IMG/VR virus record: IMGVR_UViG_3300020191_000009
Coordinates: 1-64,000 of that record
DNA: 64,000 nucleotides
Direction: 5' to 3' (one strand)
Source of the DNA: an uncultured virus (IMG/VR IMGVR_UViG_3300020191_000009)
Lineage: Duplodnaviria; Heunggongvirae; Uroviricota; Caudoviricetes
Position numbers and translations under genes: made by a program. Below the pieces are notes generated by a model. The model was given only the letters and a program-made list of their open reading frames with translations, was not told the DNA's origin and did no database searches. Below are positions 55,401-64,000 of this stretch, in pieces. Within the stretch, counting starts at the first letter, position 1. Every line of letters begins with the position of its first letter.

Positions 55401-58400
55401 AGATCACTAAACTGAGCTACATTAGAGTAGCCTATATTAGCAGGAACCCATTTAGACGTGTTGTTATCATAAACTAAGCCTTGTGCATCTTCTGGAGGAG
55501 AGTCTAGTAAATTTACATCTTCAAGATCTAGTAAATTAGTTACTGTTGATACATAGCTTGCTACCCACTTTTGACCGTTCCAAGTTAATCCATGTTGGGG
55601 AACTAATCCCGCAGAAAAATCAACATCAGCTAAGTCAGCCATATCAGATACGCCTGAAATACTTCCAAGTATTAATATTTCAGAAACACTTGCTGCAGGA
55701 CCTACTATTCCGTAAGAAGTTTCTTCAAGGGTTAGACTTCCGTCAGCCCCAGCATAGTAATATTCTCCAGGAACTAAATTAGAGTAAATACTAGAAGTTT
55801 TTCCTCCTAGAATTACCACTTCTAGTTGTTCTCCTGTAACTGCTGTCTGTTCTGCAATGCCCATCCAGTCTGCTGCATTTGATTGTGTAGCTTGCAGTGT
55901 TACATCGTATATAAAGAATACCCCTCTATCTGTTGCGGGGAACTGTTGAGTTCCCTGAACATTATCATTATACGGAGCACCAACAATAGCACGACCAGAA
56001 TTTGTTACCGCTACAGAAAATCCAAATAAACTTCCGGAAGGGTTGACAACATAACCCGGGTTTTCAAATGCCGCATATAGGGGGTACGAAGTAGTGGATG
56101 CTCTATTATAGCTATAAAACTTTCCTGAGTCATTGTAACCTAATACGTCATTATTTGCTTCTGAACCTACAACGATTTGACTCGATCCCAGCCCTACTGA
56201 CCTACCGAATTTATCTCCTATCTGATCTGGACTGTTTATTTCTGCAAGCACTGCACCCGAGGTTGTAGAATATACCAATACCCTTCCCAAACCTCCATTA
56301 AAGTCTGGGGTTCCTGCAACTATGATAGAATCATCCATTTCGAAGGTAAAACCTAGTCCGTTAGATCCTATATTAGTATCCTGCAGAGTGTGTATAGTAG
56401 ACCCAGTATTAATATTACGAACGTATATTCTACCGGTTGATAGCTGTCCTCCAGTATCCTCCCCAGGAGCTCCAATAGACAAGTAAGTATCTGTTGCGCT
56501 CAGTGCAGACCCAAACAGGTCTCCTCCAGTGCCTCCATCATCATTATTATTGTTGAATGTAAAATCAGGAACTAAAAGAGGATCCCATCTTGCTTCTGTT
56601 TCTCCTTCTGGTATTCCATACTCTGATGACTCTAATAACGAGATAGGATATCTATATACTTTACCTACTAATGCATTATTCCCTATATCTACTCGTGGTG
56701 CGCCCACTGCTACATAGGTTGAGTTAATAGCTACTGAGGAACCGAACTGCCCTTGGAGAAGAGGCTCAGGGCTTTCTAGAACTGCTATTAAAGTACCTGA
56801 GCTTATTCTATATACGTATACAACGCCAGAATTAACCGCATCTAAATCCTTAAGAGGAGAGCCTACAACTGCATAATCATCTTTTATTGCTACTGCAAAT
56901 CCAAACGCCTGATTAGTTTCTCCTCGCCAAGCCGCGGGCGTTGTGAGGCTTAGGGAGGGTTGTAATGTACGTATTAAAGTAGAGTTATCTGTATCATAAA
57001 TCCTTACTAGGCCGGTTGCGACTCCGCTGTTGGGGCCAATTCTATGATAAGGTGCTGAAACTGCGACACGGCCGCCTTCTTCTGCAATTGTATGCCCAAA
57101 AAGTCCCAAATCTGAGCTAGATGGGAAAGAAGATACCAGCTCCCCTGCAGTTATTGTGGGATTTTCAAACTGACCAGAACTATTTAGTACTACTAAGCCG
57201 CCTTGTAATATTTGCTCCGCTGCAATACCAGTAATACGCTGTCCCTCGGGTAAGTCTTGAGGAGACCATATTGAGCCATTATATTGCAATATCTGCAAAG
57301 CTGAAGGTAAAACACTACTAAGATCTACGTCTGTTAAATCATCTAATACGTCTACGTTACTTGAACCAGTTACAGCATTAACAAAAGACTGAGATACCGC
57401 GTTCCAAGTTAAAACCTCCCCTGTTTGAATATTTGAAGGTATAGGTAAATTTATATCATCTAAATCCGATAAGCTACTAACACCCCCAGCCGCATCTCCT
57501 GCTACCCATTGAGAGCTTTGTGCGTTCCAAACAAGCGCCTGGCCGTCTGAAGCAAATGCAGTAACATCTCCAAGATCATTTAAATTATTTACTTGGTCAG
57601 CAGTATTAGATTCAACGTCCCCTGTTATTAAAATGTCGTTTGCACTTAAAGCTTTACCAAAAATACCTAAATTTGTGGGAGAACTGTTAAGAGTACCATC
57701 AATATTTAAATAATAATTCTGTCCCGGCAATAGATTAACTTGATTGTGTGCTATACCACCAAACAGGGTTACTTGTCCTACATCTCCATCTAAAATATCT
57801 TCAAAAGCTACTCCTATCCAAGATGAAGCATTACTAGTTATATTAATATCAAAAGCTGTAAGGTGTCCAGAGTTAAAGTCACCTGAAATAGTATTCCTAG
57901 CAAAAGGAGCACCTACGTATAATTTATCATTACCAATAGCAACACTTGAACCAAAGTACTCAGTTGTACTATTCCCATATATATTAGGATTGTCAAAATA
58001 TGCAATAGGAGTACCGGTATCGGCTTCGAAATAATAAGCCTTACCAGCATTAGTATATACTCCTCCTATGTACCCCTGATCTTCTCTTCTTGCACCTACT
58101 AGTATTTTGTTATCTTTCATATCGATGGAGTAGCCGAACTCATCTCCCTGCGGAAGAGGATAAGTATCAGGGTTTTGAATAGTATTTATAAGAGTACAAG
58201 CTTCATCGGTTACATCATATATATAAACAAGACCTTCATTAGCACCCGTAAAATCCTGCTCTGGTGCAGATATAGCTAATCTTTTAATTGATGGATTTCT
58301 ATCCCATACTATATCAAACCCATGCGTTGCATCTGAACCTCCACCCGGATTTGGATTTGATATAGTATGTAATAAAACGGGAAGAGAGTCACTGCTTACG

Positions 58401-61400
58401 TCATATATATAGACATATCCCTTTACGCTAGTTGTACCTTCTCTGGACGCAGTAACAGCTAAGTATTTTCTATCTTGAGTAAGAGACACTCTTTGGCCAA
58501 AGTAATCCCCTGATATACTACCGACTGTATTAGGATTATCAATACGGTATAAAAACCCATATTGAGGGTCTCCTACACCTATGTCAGGATCGAAAAAGTA
58601 TACGCATCCAGCTTCTGAGTATTGGTCACTCATATCTTCTAGTGGTGCGCCGACGGCTAAACGAGCCTCACCATTATAATCGCTTATAGCTACGTCAGTG
58701 CCAAACTGCGCGTTGTTTGTACCATCAGGATTTTGTATTGATAGCCATAAGTCTCCACTAGGGGATGTTCCTGTAGCCAAGCGGTAGACATAAGCTGCTC
58801 CTTGATTATACCCTGTTAGATCATCAGCAAGAAGAGATCCTACCGCTAGAAGGTTACCGCTAGCGTCTAAAGAATTACCAAATCGGTCCCCTGTTACAGG
58901 ATTATTTATATTTTCATTTTTAATATAATACTGTTGAGTACCAAAATTATTAAATACGTATACAACCCCAGAACTACTTCCTTCTATCTCGTCCTCATAT
59001 TGAGCACCAGCAATAATATAATCTCCTGATGCAACAACTGCACTAGTAAATTGATCACTGGTAGCCGTACCAAATATAGTAGGGTTTTCTACATTCCAAG
59101 CAGGTAAAAAGGGCTCTTGACCTGTCTTTTTAACTTTTCCAGGAGGGGTAATAGAAACTATATCTCCATCACTAATATCTCCATTTGCTATGAAGTTTTC
59201 TATACCACCCGAGTGCCCTGCTCTAGGGTACCACTTCTGGGTAGTAGCATCATAAGTAAGTACTTCCTTTTCTTTTGCTGGGTTTGCAATTACCTCTACA
59301 TCTAGCAAACTATTAAGAGTTGCAGCAGTAGGTGCTGTTGAGCCAGGAGACCAATTAACTCCGTCCCAGGCTAAAAATTCTCCGAAACTAGGCTCACTTG
59401 CAGTGCCGGGCGTAGTATCTACGTCTGAAAGAGATCCTATACTAATAGTGTCTAAGGCTGGAGAGCCTGGCTCCCATACGCCTTCAATACCGTTCCAAAT
59501 TAAAGTTTCTCCTGGAACAGGTGCATAAAGTCCCGCAGTTCTAACATCATCCATGTTATCTAACTGCGTTACGGTAATATTAGTAATTTGAACAGGTGTC
59601 CAGCCAACGCCCGCTTGATAAGCAATAACATTATCTTGTACAGGCGGCTGAGAAGCTAAATCTACATCGATTAAGTCCCCAAGCGCAGATACTCTAGAAA
59701 CTTGACCTGGCTCCCACAGCTCGCTGTTGGCATTATAAACTAATACATCATTATTAACCGCAGATACTGTGGAAAGATCTATATCATTTAAATCGTTTAT
59801 TGTTGCTGGGATCGGTATAACACTTGCCTGCCACTCATCAAATTGCAAACTGTAAACTAAGGCGGCATTATCAACAACCCCGGAAGTATCAACATCTGAT
59901 AGACTACTTAGAGATAGAGTTCCAGCTTCAATATATGTTGCAAGACCCCATGAAGATCCACTGTATTTAAGACCTTGGCCTGCTTGGACTCCCCCAACAC
60001 TTGTATCTGTTAAGCCACCAAAAGTAGTGATATTACTATATCCTATATTTTTAGGGGCCCACCTATTATTAGCACTATCCCATACTAAGCCTTGATTGTT
60101 AGAGGGAGGAACAGTTACAGTATCTACATCACGGATATCATTTATATAAGTTACTCCGGTTTCAGCAGATACTACATTTCCTGTAATAAGCAACTCATCA
60201 GCAGCAAGAGCTTTTCCTAACACACCGTAATCTGTCTCAGTCTCAGTTATAAAGCCTCTACCGTCTATATAATAGTTTTTATTAATAGTCAGACCGGATA
60301 CAAACTTATTTACGGCACCTACAGTTGTTACAGTTACTTGTTGAGTAGCTTCTACCGATTGTTCTGATATTCCTACCCAATCACCAGCATTACTTTCTAT
60401 GAACGAATCACTAGCAAAAGTTGCAATTTTACCTGTACCTGCAACGGTTAGTCTAGGCGAACCAATAATAAGATAGTCGTTCGTAAGAGCTAGACCAAAT
60501 CCCCAATTTATATTTGTTGCTCCTTCATCTGATAAAAATTCATTTCTAAAAGCTCCCGAGGCGGCCTCGAACAAATAAACACTCCCTACATTCTCTCCAC
60601 TGGCAGAAGCAAGTATATACTCAGTTGTTACAGCAACGCTACTACCAAAATTATCGCCTGTGGGTACGTCTGCGTTTCTATTAGGGTTGTTAAGAGTATA
60701 GTTAAAATCGCCATTATTTAAATTGTATATATACAGTTTTCCGCTGCCCGTATCAGCAGTAGGAGCACCAACCACCATACGTCCGTCAGAAGAAATTGCA
60801 ATAGAGCTACCGAAGTCTCCTGCACCGCCAGGGTTAGAAATAGTATAGATAGAGCTTAAAGTAGCTGCCTCATAGACATATACTTTTTCCTCGCTAGGGC
60901 TTCCAATAGCTAAATCGCCTGAAGTAGATATTGATATAGCACTACCAAACCCTGTTATGCTGGGAGAGGGATTTTCTACAAAGCCTAACTGATTTCCAGT
61001 TGCAGTGTTAAATACGTACACTGTGCCAGAGTTAGTATCTGACAAGGATTGAGGCTCTTCATTAATTGCAGTAACCGCTACATAAGTATTTGTATTCTGT
61101 ACTCTAAAGCCAAATTGGTCGTCTAACGTTGATGTTGCTGCATTTGGGTTGTCGATAGTATGTTCTAGTATGAACCCTGGTAAACTATATACATATATTC
61201 GGCCTGCATTAGAGTCGTAGCCTGGAGCCCCAATAGTAAAAAACTGGCTTGAAATTGATACCGATTCTCCAAATTTATCATTGGCAGTTGCATTGGGGTT
61301 GTTTATAGTTTGTACAAGGGTGTTAGTACTTGTAGAGAATATTTCTACCTTACCCCCAACAGTTAAGTACTCATACCCTGGAGCTCCCACAATATAATAG

Positions 61401-64000
61401 TCATCAGATACAAATACACTTTTACCATAGTAATCAGAACTTACTGAAGGGCTACCTGAAGCTTGAAAGATGCTGGATACACTACTTTCTATTTCTGCTA
61501 TTTTTTCGACTTCGCCGTCTGATCTTAAAGCTAGTAGGTCACCTGCTGAAAGGTTTTCAGCGGCTATATAGTTGGCTACACCTGAGCGAGTTGCAGGTCT
61601 CCACTCCCCTGTAGACGCGTTATACTCTAATGTGTTTCTGTTTTGTGGAGGCACTGCCTGAAAATCTACATCGGTTAAAACATCCAAACCTATAGAAATT
61701 ACTGCACCTTCTACACTTCTAGTTACCCATGAGTTTGTATCGGGATCCCAAGAAATAAAATCCGAATTGTAGGGTTCAGTTATTGAAACATCGTCTAAAT
61801 CTTCTAATCTAAGTCCTATTCCTTCTATGCTGCCCGTAACTACAGTATCTATAGTAGTTCCCGTCCATTTTAAAAACTTAGAAGAAGGTGTATTTCCCAG
61901 ATTTTGAAAACCGTTCTCGTTTAGCTGGTTTAATAGAAAAATAGATCTTTCGTTTAGGTCTTCTAAAGCCCTGGGTATGGGCGCAGGGCTCCAGCTTGCG
62001 CCGTTCCATACAAGAGCATCAGACGGTTCTGGCAAACCTGCGACATCAGCTAAATCATATATGCTGTCTGGGAAGGACGCAGAGCTATAGAATCCTGTGT
62101 TACTGTCGTATACTAAAGCAGATCCATCAAAGGGCACACCAGTAACGTCTGCAAGGTTGTTCATGGTATAGTCACTTGCTCTCATGACCTCGCCTATAGG
62201 AGTACTGATAAAGGCGGAAGAAGGGGCGTGCCACGTAAGAATATTGTTCGATGCCTGATTCGCTATATTGTAATTAAAATCTGCTAGAGCGCCTGCTCCA
62301 AAACTGGGATCTATATTTTCATATCTGTTTGCATCAGCTAGTGTAGTATATCTAAGTATTTGACCTTCTTGAGGGTTGTCGATACGAACATCATTTAATG
62401 CGTCTAATGAATTAGATAGTTGGACGTCACTAGTAGTCCATACTTGGTTTTCATAGTTCCACAGTAAAACCTCTCCATCTTGCAAAGCAGCTGTTTGAAT
62501 ATCTGTATCTGATAGTTCCGCTAGAGTAAACGTTACTTCTTGCTGCTTGCTAGTAGTACTACCAAAGGTAATAAATTGACCGTCTACTAAAGCGTCTACA
62601 TTTTTATTTACAGTAATGCTAAGTCTGTCTGTAGATATAAATACTACTCTAGGAGCAGACTCTAGTTCCGAGTGCATTACATAATGATTAACTTCTACAT
62701 CTGGGCCCACAGGGTCGTTCAGTACAATAGTGTTGCTACCAGTAGTCCCTGCAGGATTGTTATTTACGAATGATCCTACATCCTGAGAGATTGCCATAGG
62801 AATTACTACTTTAAATATAATAGTAGCGCCTGCAGTTATATCTATATCATAACTTACAGCAAAGCTTAATCTGTCTCCACTTATTCCACTTACAATAGGA
62901 ATATTTACATTGCTTCCTATGTAAACAGCGTGACCAGGAACAATTTCTTCAGGCAAAGGAGTATCAAGAAAGATCTCACTAGTGGATTCAGTACCTACAA
63001 CCCCCTGACCAACCTCTACAGTGCCAGTAGTTGCAACTACTTGGTAGACAGGAGGAGTTGCAAAAATAATAGCCTCAAATTGACTAGTTGATATATTTTC
63101 AGAAAGAGTGAGCTCTGTCCTGTCTTCAGATATGCTGTATACAACAGGATACGGCTTAGATAATGAGGGTGTTTGAAATAAGTCGCCCGGCTTTACGTTT
63201 TCAGGAATAACATCCGTTGCAGGTACAGTATCAGTATTAGTAACAGTCTCAGAAACAAACCCAGTTCCAGTTTCGATAGGTTCTTCTATATCTTCATCAA
63301 CGTCTAAAGAGGGAATTTCTATTATATCCCCGTCTTCCGTTTCAACGGTTCCGCCAGTACTTCCTCCACCCCCGTCAGGGTTTGGGCTAGGAGTAGTAGT
63401 AGTACCCCCTCCAGTATCGCCACCGCCAGTACTTCCTCCTCCACCACCAGTAATAGTAGCAGGCGCCCACTTAGTTCCATTCCAAACAAGAGACTGACCG
63501 GGTTGGGGCGAAATAGTAGAAGTATCTACATCAAACAAGTCTCCAATGCCGCCAAAATTACTAACAAAGCCTAAGGTGAACTGGTTTGCATAGGTACCCG
63601 TTGTATTAAATATAGGTACCATACCTTGTTGGCCACTCCACTGGCCTCCGGTATCTGCAAGATCTCTAAACCTGGGCATAGTTGAAACGGCTTGGCCAGG
63701 AACCCAATTAGCACCATCATACTGAAGATATGTTCCTGTAGCTAATCCGGTTGTTAAATCTACATCATTTATATCTCCAAGATCGGTTTCTAAATTTACC
63801 GGGGATGAAATCCAAGTCTGAGTAGGACCATTGTATGTGAGCAGATCTCCATCATTTACTTGAACAAAATTTACATTACTAAGTTCTCCCAGCTCTACAG
63901 GCTCATCAATTAAAATTTGATTTATTGATTTAGGAACCCATTCTATGTTAAAATTATCCCAAGCAAGTAAGTGGCTTTTAGGTATGCCAGCTTCAAAACC
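52493..64000 (-). CDS. Giant fibre/adhesin protein (>=3835 aa, 5' end outside the window) with fibre repeats and four FG-GAP-like beta-propellers
   Basis: Frame stays open for 107 codons upstream of the tracked Met at 63679 to the window edge, with the same L.DL.DV...G..L.W...W repeats; four clusters of FG.SV...VGAP...G.VY repeats. Confidence 0.9.
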   Translation of the reverse strand, partial: GFEAGIPKSHLLAWDNFNIEWVPKSINQILIDEPVELGELSNVNFVQVNDGDLLTYNGPTQTWISSPVNLETDLGDINDVDLTTGLATGTYLQYDGANWVPGQAVSTMPRFRDLADTGGQWSGQQGMVPIFNTTGTYANQFTLGFVSNFGGIGDLFDVDTSTISPQPGQSLVWNGTKWAPATITGGGGGSTGGGDTGGGTTTTPSPNPDGGGGSTGGTVETEDGDIIEIPSLDVDEDIEEPIETGTGFVSETVTNTDTVPATDVIPENVKPGDLFQTPSLSKPYPVVYSISEDRTELTLSENISTSQFEAIIFATPPVYQVVATTGTVEVGQGVVGTESTSEIFLDTPLPEEIVPGHAVYIGSNVNIPIVSGISGDRLSFAVSYDIDITAGATIIFKVVIPMAISQDVGSFVNNNPAGTTGSNTIVLNDPVGPDVEVNHYVMHSELESAPRVVFISTDRLSITVNKNVDALVDGQFITFGSTTSKQQEVTFTLAELSDTDIQTAALQDGEVLLWNYENQVWTTSDVQLSNSLDALNDVRIDNPQEGQILRYTTLADANRYENIDPSFGAGALADFNYNIANQASNNILTWHAPSSAFISTPIGEVMRASDYTMNNLADVTGVPFDGSALVYDSNTGFYSSASFPDSIYDLADVAGLPEPSDALVWNGASWSPAPIPRALEDLNERSIFLLNQLNENGFQNLGNTPSSKFLKWTGTTIDTVVTGSIEGIGLRLEDLDDVSITEPYNSDFISWDPDTNSWVTRSVEGAVISIGLDVLTDVDFQAVPPQNRNTLEYNASTGEWRPATRSGVANYIAAENLSAGDLLALRSDGEVEKIAEIESSVSSIFQASGSPSVSSDYYGKSVFVSDDYYIVGAPGYEYLTVGGKVEIFSTSTNTLVQTINNPNATANDKFGESVSISSQFFTIGAPGYDSNAGRIYVYSLPGFILEHTIDNPNAATSTLDDQFGFRVQNTNTYVAVTAINEEPQSLSDTNSGTVYVFNTATGNQLGFVENPSPSITGFGSAISISTSGDLAIGSPSEEKVYVYEAATLSSIYTISNPGGAGDFGSSIAISSDGRMVVGAPTADTGSGKLYIYNLNNGDFNYTLNNPNRNADVPTGDNFGSSVAVTTEYILASASGENVGSVYLFEAASGAFRNEFLSDEGATNINWGFGLALTNDYLIIGSPRLTVAGTGKIATFASDSFIESNAGDWVGISEQSVEATQQVTVTTVGAVNKFVSGLTINKNYYIDGRGFITETETDYGVLGKALAADELLITGNVVSAETGVTYINDIRDVDTVTVPPSNNQGLVWDSANNRWAPKNIGYSNITTFGGLTDTSVGGVQAGQGLKYSGSSWGLATYIEAGTLSLSSLSDVDTSGVVDNAALVYSLQFDEWQASVIPIPATINDLNDIDLSTVSAVNNDVLVYNANSELWEPGQVSRVSALGDLIDVDLASQPPVQDNVIAYQAGVGWTPVQITNITVTQLDNMDDVRTAGLYAPVPGETLIWNGIEGVWEPGSPALDTISIGSLSDVDTTPGTASEPSFGEFLAWDGVNWSPGSTAPTAATLNSLLDVEVIANPAKEKEVLTYDATTQKWYPRAGHSGGIENFIANGDISDGDIVSITPPGKVKKTGQEPFLPAWNVENPTIFGTATSDQFTSAVVASGDYIIAGAQYEDEIEGSSSGVVYVFNNFGTQQYYIKNENINNPVTGDRFGNSLDASGNLLAVGSLLADDLTGYNQGAAYVYRLATGTSPSGDLWLSIQNPDGTNNAQFGTDVAISDYNGEARLAVGAPLEDMSDQYSEAGCVYFFDPDIGVGDPQYGFLYRIDNPNTVGSISGDYFGQRVSLTQDRKYLAVTASREGTTSVKGYVYIYDVSSDSLPVLLHTISNPNPGGGSDATHGFDIVWDRNPSIKRLAISAPEQDFTGANEGLVYIYDVTDEACTLINTIQNPDTYPLPQGDEFGYSIDMKDNKILVGARREDQGYIGGVYTNAGKAYYFEADTGTPIAYFDNPNIYGNSTTEYFGSSVAIGNDKLYVGAPFARNTISGDFNSGHLTAFDINITSNASSWIGVAFEDILDGDVGQVTLFGGIAHNQVNLLPGQNYYLNIDGTLNSSPTNLGIFGKALSANDILITGDVESNTADQVNNLNDLGDVTAFASDGQALVWNAQSSQWVAGDAAGGVSSLSDLDDINLPIPSNIQTGEVLTWNAVSQSFVNAVTGSSNVDVLDDLTDVDLSSVLPSALQILQYNGSIWSPQDLPEGQRITGIAAEQILQGGLVVLNSSGQFENPTITAGELVSSFPSSSDLGLFGHTIAEEGGRVAVSAPYHRIGPNSGVATGLVRIYDTDNSTLIRTLQPSLSLTTPAAWRGETNQAFGFAVAIKDDYAVVGSPLKDLDAVNSGVVYVYRISSGTLIAVLESPEPLLQGQFGSSVAINSTYVAVGAPRVDIGNNALVGKVYRYPISLLESSEYGIPEGETEARWDPLLVPDFTFNNNNDDGGTGGDLFGSALSATDTYLSIGAPGEDTGGQLSTGRIYVRNINTGSTIHTLQDTNIGSNGLGFTFEMDDSIIVAGTPDFNGGLGRVLVYSTTSGAVLAEINSPDQIGDKFGRSVGLGSSQIVVGSEANNDVLGYNDSGKFYSYNRASTTSYPLYAAFENPGYVVNPSGSLFGFSVAVTNSGRAIVGAPYNDNVQGTQQFPATDRGVFFIYDVTLQATQSNAADWMGIAEQTAVTGEQLEVVILGGKTSSIYSNLVPGEYYYAGADGSLTLEETSYGIVGPAASVSEILILGSISGVSDMADLADVDFSAGLVPQHGLTWNGQKWVASYVSTVTNLLDLEDVNLLDSPPEDAQGLVYDNNTSKWVPANIGYSNVAQFSDLNNVDVSNATVGQSIEWNGVNWIPTTFSSVNSINDLTDVNTTTLKVDYDILTWSESADEWIIDKRNFGNFLNLEAYAPTQPIQAGDPVYITDDGKVAAIKGTETVLGTESLVNTLYPPVSNSNFGTNLAVSKDIIVVGNPYFTSGNILSTGRAYIYNATSGQLLYTLEPPTDYSLQSFGWGVATNGSEVAITAKESPSNNDYGRIYLYDAYTGALLRQIVNPEDSVSTNGPFAQHNSVVMTSSYLIVGNSNWRDATLGTTPGKAYVFNIFTGTQEYSFNNPNPSNGADFGRYINIDESESIISITDTGTGSSLTHIYELSDYSFRTTIDHSLVGVVADKFALNTNYLITGSNQHGYLSVWSTVSGANLYSKPIISSSGKDIVCNDKQVAVITGSSDGVKYYDIASGLELANFSVGSSFQSGAMYKTKLIHKSNLGEVLNYNLSGIKTNTRAADWVGINESLTYDGDIAKINTGSGVTSSVTNLVTGLNYYVSIDGSLFPGPTGFGKIGRAIDSTTILISSNTSNIDLDEESTAALIAGINDLTDVDIFTSFPADNNFLQYDSSSALWVPGTAAITLLNDVTISNLQDKNLLVYSTDTSSWENSSISTSELSDVDYTTPIESGQTLVWDGNTSSFKPGVTDRSITSLNDVDDQAPSVGQILIWDDISTQWVAQDNVSTLEGLTDVDISGVSNNQFLQYNNVTSLWEPGDVATSIAELTDVNVSGGITDGQYLVYNLNTSVWLPQDLPEFAAAIVDLTDVNADSPTQGQGLIFDDQTNKFELAIVGTSNVDTLDDLSNVSVPAPNDGDVLKYNSNSSAWEATPTPSPAVIYATRASFPSLGNLGDLSFAQDTGALYVWEGTVWYNLKRTNAFYLVRAGNFTGPLEGQQVFQPQQAITLHEIRAQVDQPSGETLIFAVMKNSVEVQQFVMPSAQGIVEAAFTSGVTVGLVDEITLDIISGPGTNLSVKFIYS

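Noticed and set aside
63349..63450. Short direct repeat CCGCCAGTACTTCCTCC in the giant gene
   Set aside because: It encodes two GGSTGG copies in a Gly/Thr linker; low-complexity coding sequence with no sign of a recombination site.
63679..64000. Apparent intergenic region upstream of the giant ORF
   Set aside because: It is an open in-frame continuation containing the same repeats, so the Met at 63679 is internal.
1..64000. Stop-codon reassignment or modified-base (e.g. dZ) system
   Set aside because: Genes are full length in the standard code and end in ordinary stops, and no purZ or base-modification gene is visible in this window.

Overview
The window is a 64-kb internal segment of an AT-rich tailed dsDNA phage genome with a T5-like (Demerecviridae-type) core. 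A marine/aquatic origin is likely but only inferred from phoH, a class Ia RNR and several small hypothetical ORFs. The + strand (1-18163) carries the T5-order replication block: split NAD-dependent ligase, D5, D6 helicase, primase, family A polymerase, D10-D15, plus phoH and nrdA/nrdB. It converges at a bidirectional terminator (~18167-18190) with the - strand morphogenesis block: terminase, HNH nuclease, portal, protease-capsid fusion, neck, T5 pb6-like tail tube, frameshifting chaperones, tape measure protein and tail tip. Four things stand out. (1) The tail tip is lambda-like (M-L-K-I-J) and has three divergent gpM/Dit paralogs. (2) A giant (>=3835 aa, 5' end outside the window) repeat-fibre protein carries four FG-GAP-like beta-propellers, each inserted into the same split module, and heads an accessory operon. 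(3) The prohead protease and major capsid protein share one frame, with an internal Shine-Dalgarno start. (4) There is a chain of ultra-basic microproteins, two of them missed by the ORF track. No tRNA, CRISPR array, integrase or mobile element was recognised. All family assignments come from motifs and synteny read by eye, not from database searches.
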